From Oligoflexales bacterium (GTDB lineage: Bacteria > Bdellovibrionota_B > Oligoflexia > Oligoflexales > CAIYRB01), in NCBI GenBank assembly GCA_041736175.1, contig JBGSUI010000233.1:1-28214 (forward strand): 28,214 nt of DNA, read 5' to 3'. Shown piece after piece: positions 26,920-28,214 of this stretch. The stretch's first letter is position 1. Each line of letters begins with the position of its first letter. The position numbers were made by a program, and so were the translations under genes. The notes under the pieces are model-generated. The model did no database searches. It was given only the letters and a program-made list of their open reading frames with translations, and was not told where the DNA came from.

Positions 26920-26939
26920 ATATTAAAAGATTTTTATAT
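26920..26939. promoter_or_regulatory. Candidate SahR operator
   Basis: 20-bp near-palindrome ATATTAAA-AGAT-TTTTATAT about 80 bp upstream of sahR, similar in shape to SahR boxes as I recall them. The AT-rich context weakens the call. Confidence 0.55.
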
Positions 26940-26999
26940 ACATATTTTTGAATATATTTAACTATCCGTAATTATTTGAAATATTTAAAAATCCATGGC

Positions 27000-27485
27000 T
27001 TATTCGTGGGCTGCCACTCCTGCCCTGTAGGTGGCGTAGATGTACACCGGTATCGCCAGGGGTTTTAGATATTCGTGGATAAGGGGCTCAACTTTGGACC
27101 ATTCAAGGCCACCGACTCCTGTGGCTAAGGCGGGGAGAGCAAGGCTTTTAAAACCCTGCTTCTCAACCTCCTGGCGCAAGGCTTTTAGGCAGTGGGTCAC
27201 ATGGGGGAGCGTTGCTGGGCCGGGCTGGCAACCTTTGTGACTGATGTCTCCGTCTTGGGTAAACAAGTTGATTATATGGGTGCTGTCTGCACCGCCCCAG
27301 CTCCAGAGAGTTCCTGGCTTTGGGTGACGAGACTGGCAAAAATGACGAAAGTCCTTATACATGGCAGGCCATTTTTCCCGCAAGGAAAGGGCAAGTCCAT
27401 GTTTAAAATCATCGTTTGGCGCGACGCCGTGGGCGATGACTTGGGCTTTGGTCAGGAGGATATCGCCTTCAACTGTTTTAATCAT
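27000..27485 (-). CDS. Macrodomain protein (Poa1p/TARG1-like ADP-ribose processing)
   Basis: MIKTVEGDIL, AHGVAPND, GLALSL, INLFTQ and SLALPALATGVGGLEW. Likely start ATG 27485 with an AGGA SD. Confidence 0.88.
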   Translation of the reverse strand: MIKTVEGDILLTKAQVIAHGVAPNDDFKHGLALSLREKWPAMYKDFRHFCQSRHPKPGTLWSWGGADSTHIINLFTQDGDISHKGCQPGPATLPHVTHCLKALRQEVEKQGFKSLALPALATGVGGLEWSKVEPLIHEYLKPLAIPVYIYATYRAGVAAHE

Positions 27486-27739
27486 GATGGGGGTTCCTAT
27501 CTTTGAGTGAGGGCTGAGTGTATGTCGAAAACAAGCTCTTTGACAATCAGGTAGGACGGTAGAAATCGGTGAATTGGTCAGGACAAGCGTGAGATCAGGG
27601 GGATAGTCCTCTGGAGCCCACTCTTGAGTGCCCCATTTGGGTTTTTGACGGTGGCATAAAAATTGATAGTTAAAAGTCAAGTTCGAGATGATAACAGAGA
27701 GCTTCGGAAGGCGCCTTTTCGATATAATTCAAAGGAACT

Positions 27740-28102
27740 ATGTTTATGCAGAAAAAATTTTTTATGGCAAAACGATGCCTCATTTTTATTGCAAGTCTTC
27801 AGCTTATAAGCGCTTGTCTGCAAAGAACAGGTGGCCGGGCTTCGGAAGTCAAAACGACAATCTGCACCACAATACAAAATAAACACGAAAATAATTCTAA
27901 GCTTTGTGAAAATTATCAGCCAATGACCCGAAAAGATGATCAGGTCGAATTGACATTTCTTAAGCAAGCTGATAGAGAGCAGCTTGCAGGCTTCGCCCAC
28001 AATAAGACAATATGGAAAATGTTTAGAGGAACGGAGGAAACCTACTCGGACGAATGGGTCAACGGAATGATCAGGGGCTCGAAGCTGCTCATAAAAATCT
28101 AG
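27740..28102 (+). CDS. Hypothetical lipoprotein, possibly truncated, with a GNAT-like start
   Basis: Lipobox ISA-C, with a probable start at 27764. VELTFLKQADREQLAGFAHNKTIWKMF resembles the N-terminus of RimJ/RimL acetyltransferases. Confidence 0.45.
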   Translation: MFMQKKFFMAKRCLIFIASLQLISACLQRTGGRASEVKTTICTTIQNKHENNSKLCENYQPMTRKDDQVELTFLKQADREQLAGFAHNKTIWKMFRGTEETYSDEWVNGMIRGSKLLIKI

Positions 28103-28109
28103 ATTTATC

Positions 28110-28139
28110 TTGACAAACCTATGCTATTTGCATAGGTTT
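28110..28139 (+). promoter_or_regulatory. Sigma70-type promoter overlapped by a 10-bp inverted repeat
   Basis: TTGACA (28110-28115), a 17-bp spacer, then TAGGTT (28133-28138). The inverted repeat AAACCTATGC-tattt-GCATAGGTTT spans 28115-28139. Confidence 0.65.
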
Positions 28140-28145
28140 CACTCC

Positions 28146-28214
28146 ATGAAACTTAAGCTTACAGAAGCAGCAAAACATATAGGCGTCCACCCAGATACCC
28201 TTAGGCGCTGGGCC
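28146..28214 (+). mobile_element. 5' end of a MerR-like HTH protein, probably an IS607-family transposase (cut off by the window edge)
   Basis: Hand translation MKLKLTEAAKHIGVHPDTLRRWA matches the N-terminal HTH pattern of IS607 TnpA and excisionase-like proteins. Confidence 0.6.

Noticed and set aside
25833..27000. SAH or SAM riboswitch for ahcY
   Set aside because: The ahcY-sahR gap is only 16 bp, the sahR leader is AT-rich with no recognisable aptamer, and a protein regulator explains control.
27486..27680. 65-aa N-terminal extension of the macrodomain in the ORF track
   Set aside because: It starts at a TTG with no RBS and is not domain-like. The ATG at 27485 has an SD and matches the family start.

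Overview
Bacterial chromosomal window of about 25 genes with no rRNA, tRNA or CRISPR array. The many Cys-lipoproteins and the gene mix suggest Oligoflexia/Bdellovibrionota, but this is inference only. In order: an RCC1/BLIP-II repeat protein built from near-identical 150-bp units with hypervariable patches; an NdvA-like glucan ABC exporter; an AT-rich ABC-ATPase + DUF4276 (TOPRIM-like) pair, a candidate defence module; a diheme c-type lipoprotein; a zig-zag cluster of a GT-A enzyme, its apparently inactive paralogue, a methyltransferase and a DUF5672 protein; a Tat-type cholesterol oxidase; a GH-like lipoprotein; an epoxide-hydrolase-like enzyme; a GH27-NPCBM protein lacking its nucleophile; SrkA; an RlmM-like methyltransferase; several lipoproteins (one polyproline, one lipase-like); a dienelactone hydrolase whose 3' end is duplicated 908 bp downstream; sahR-ahcY with a candidate operator; a macrodomain protein; and the start of a probable IS607 transposase at the right edge. 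All family calls come from reading motifs by eye; no searches were run.
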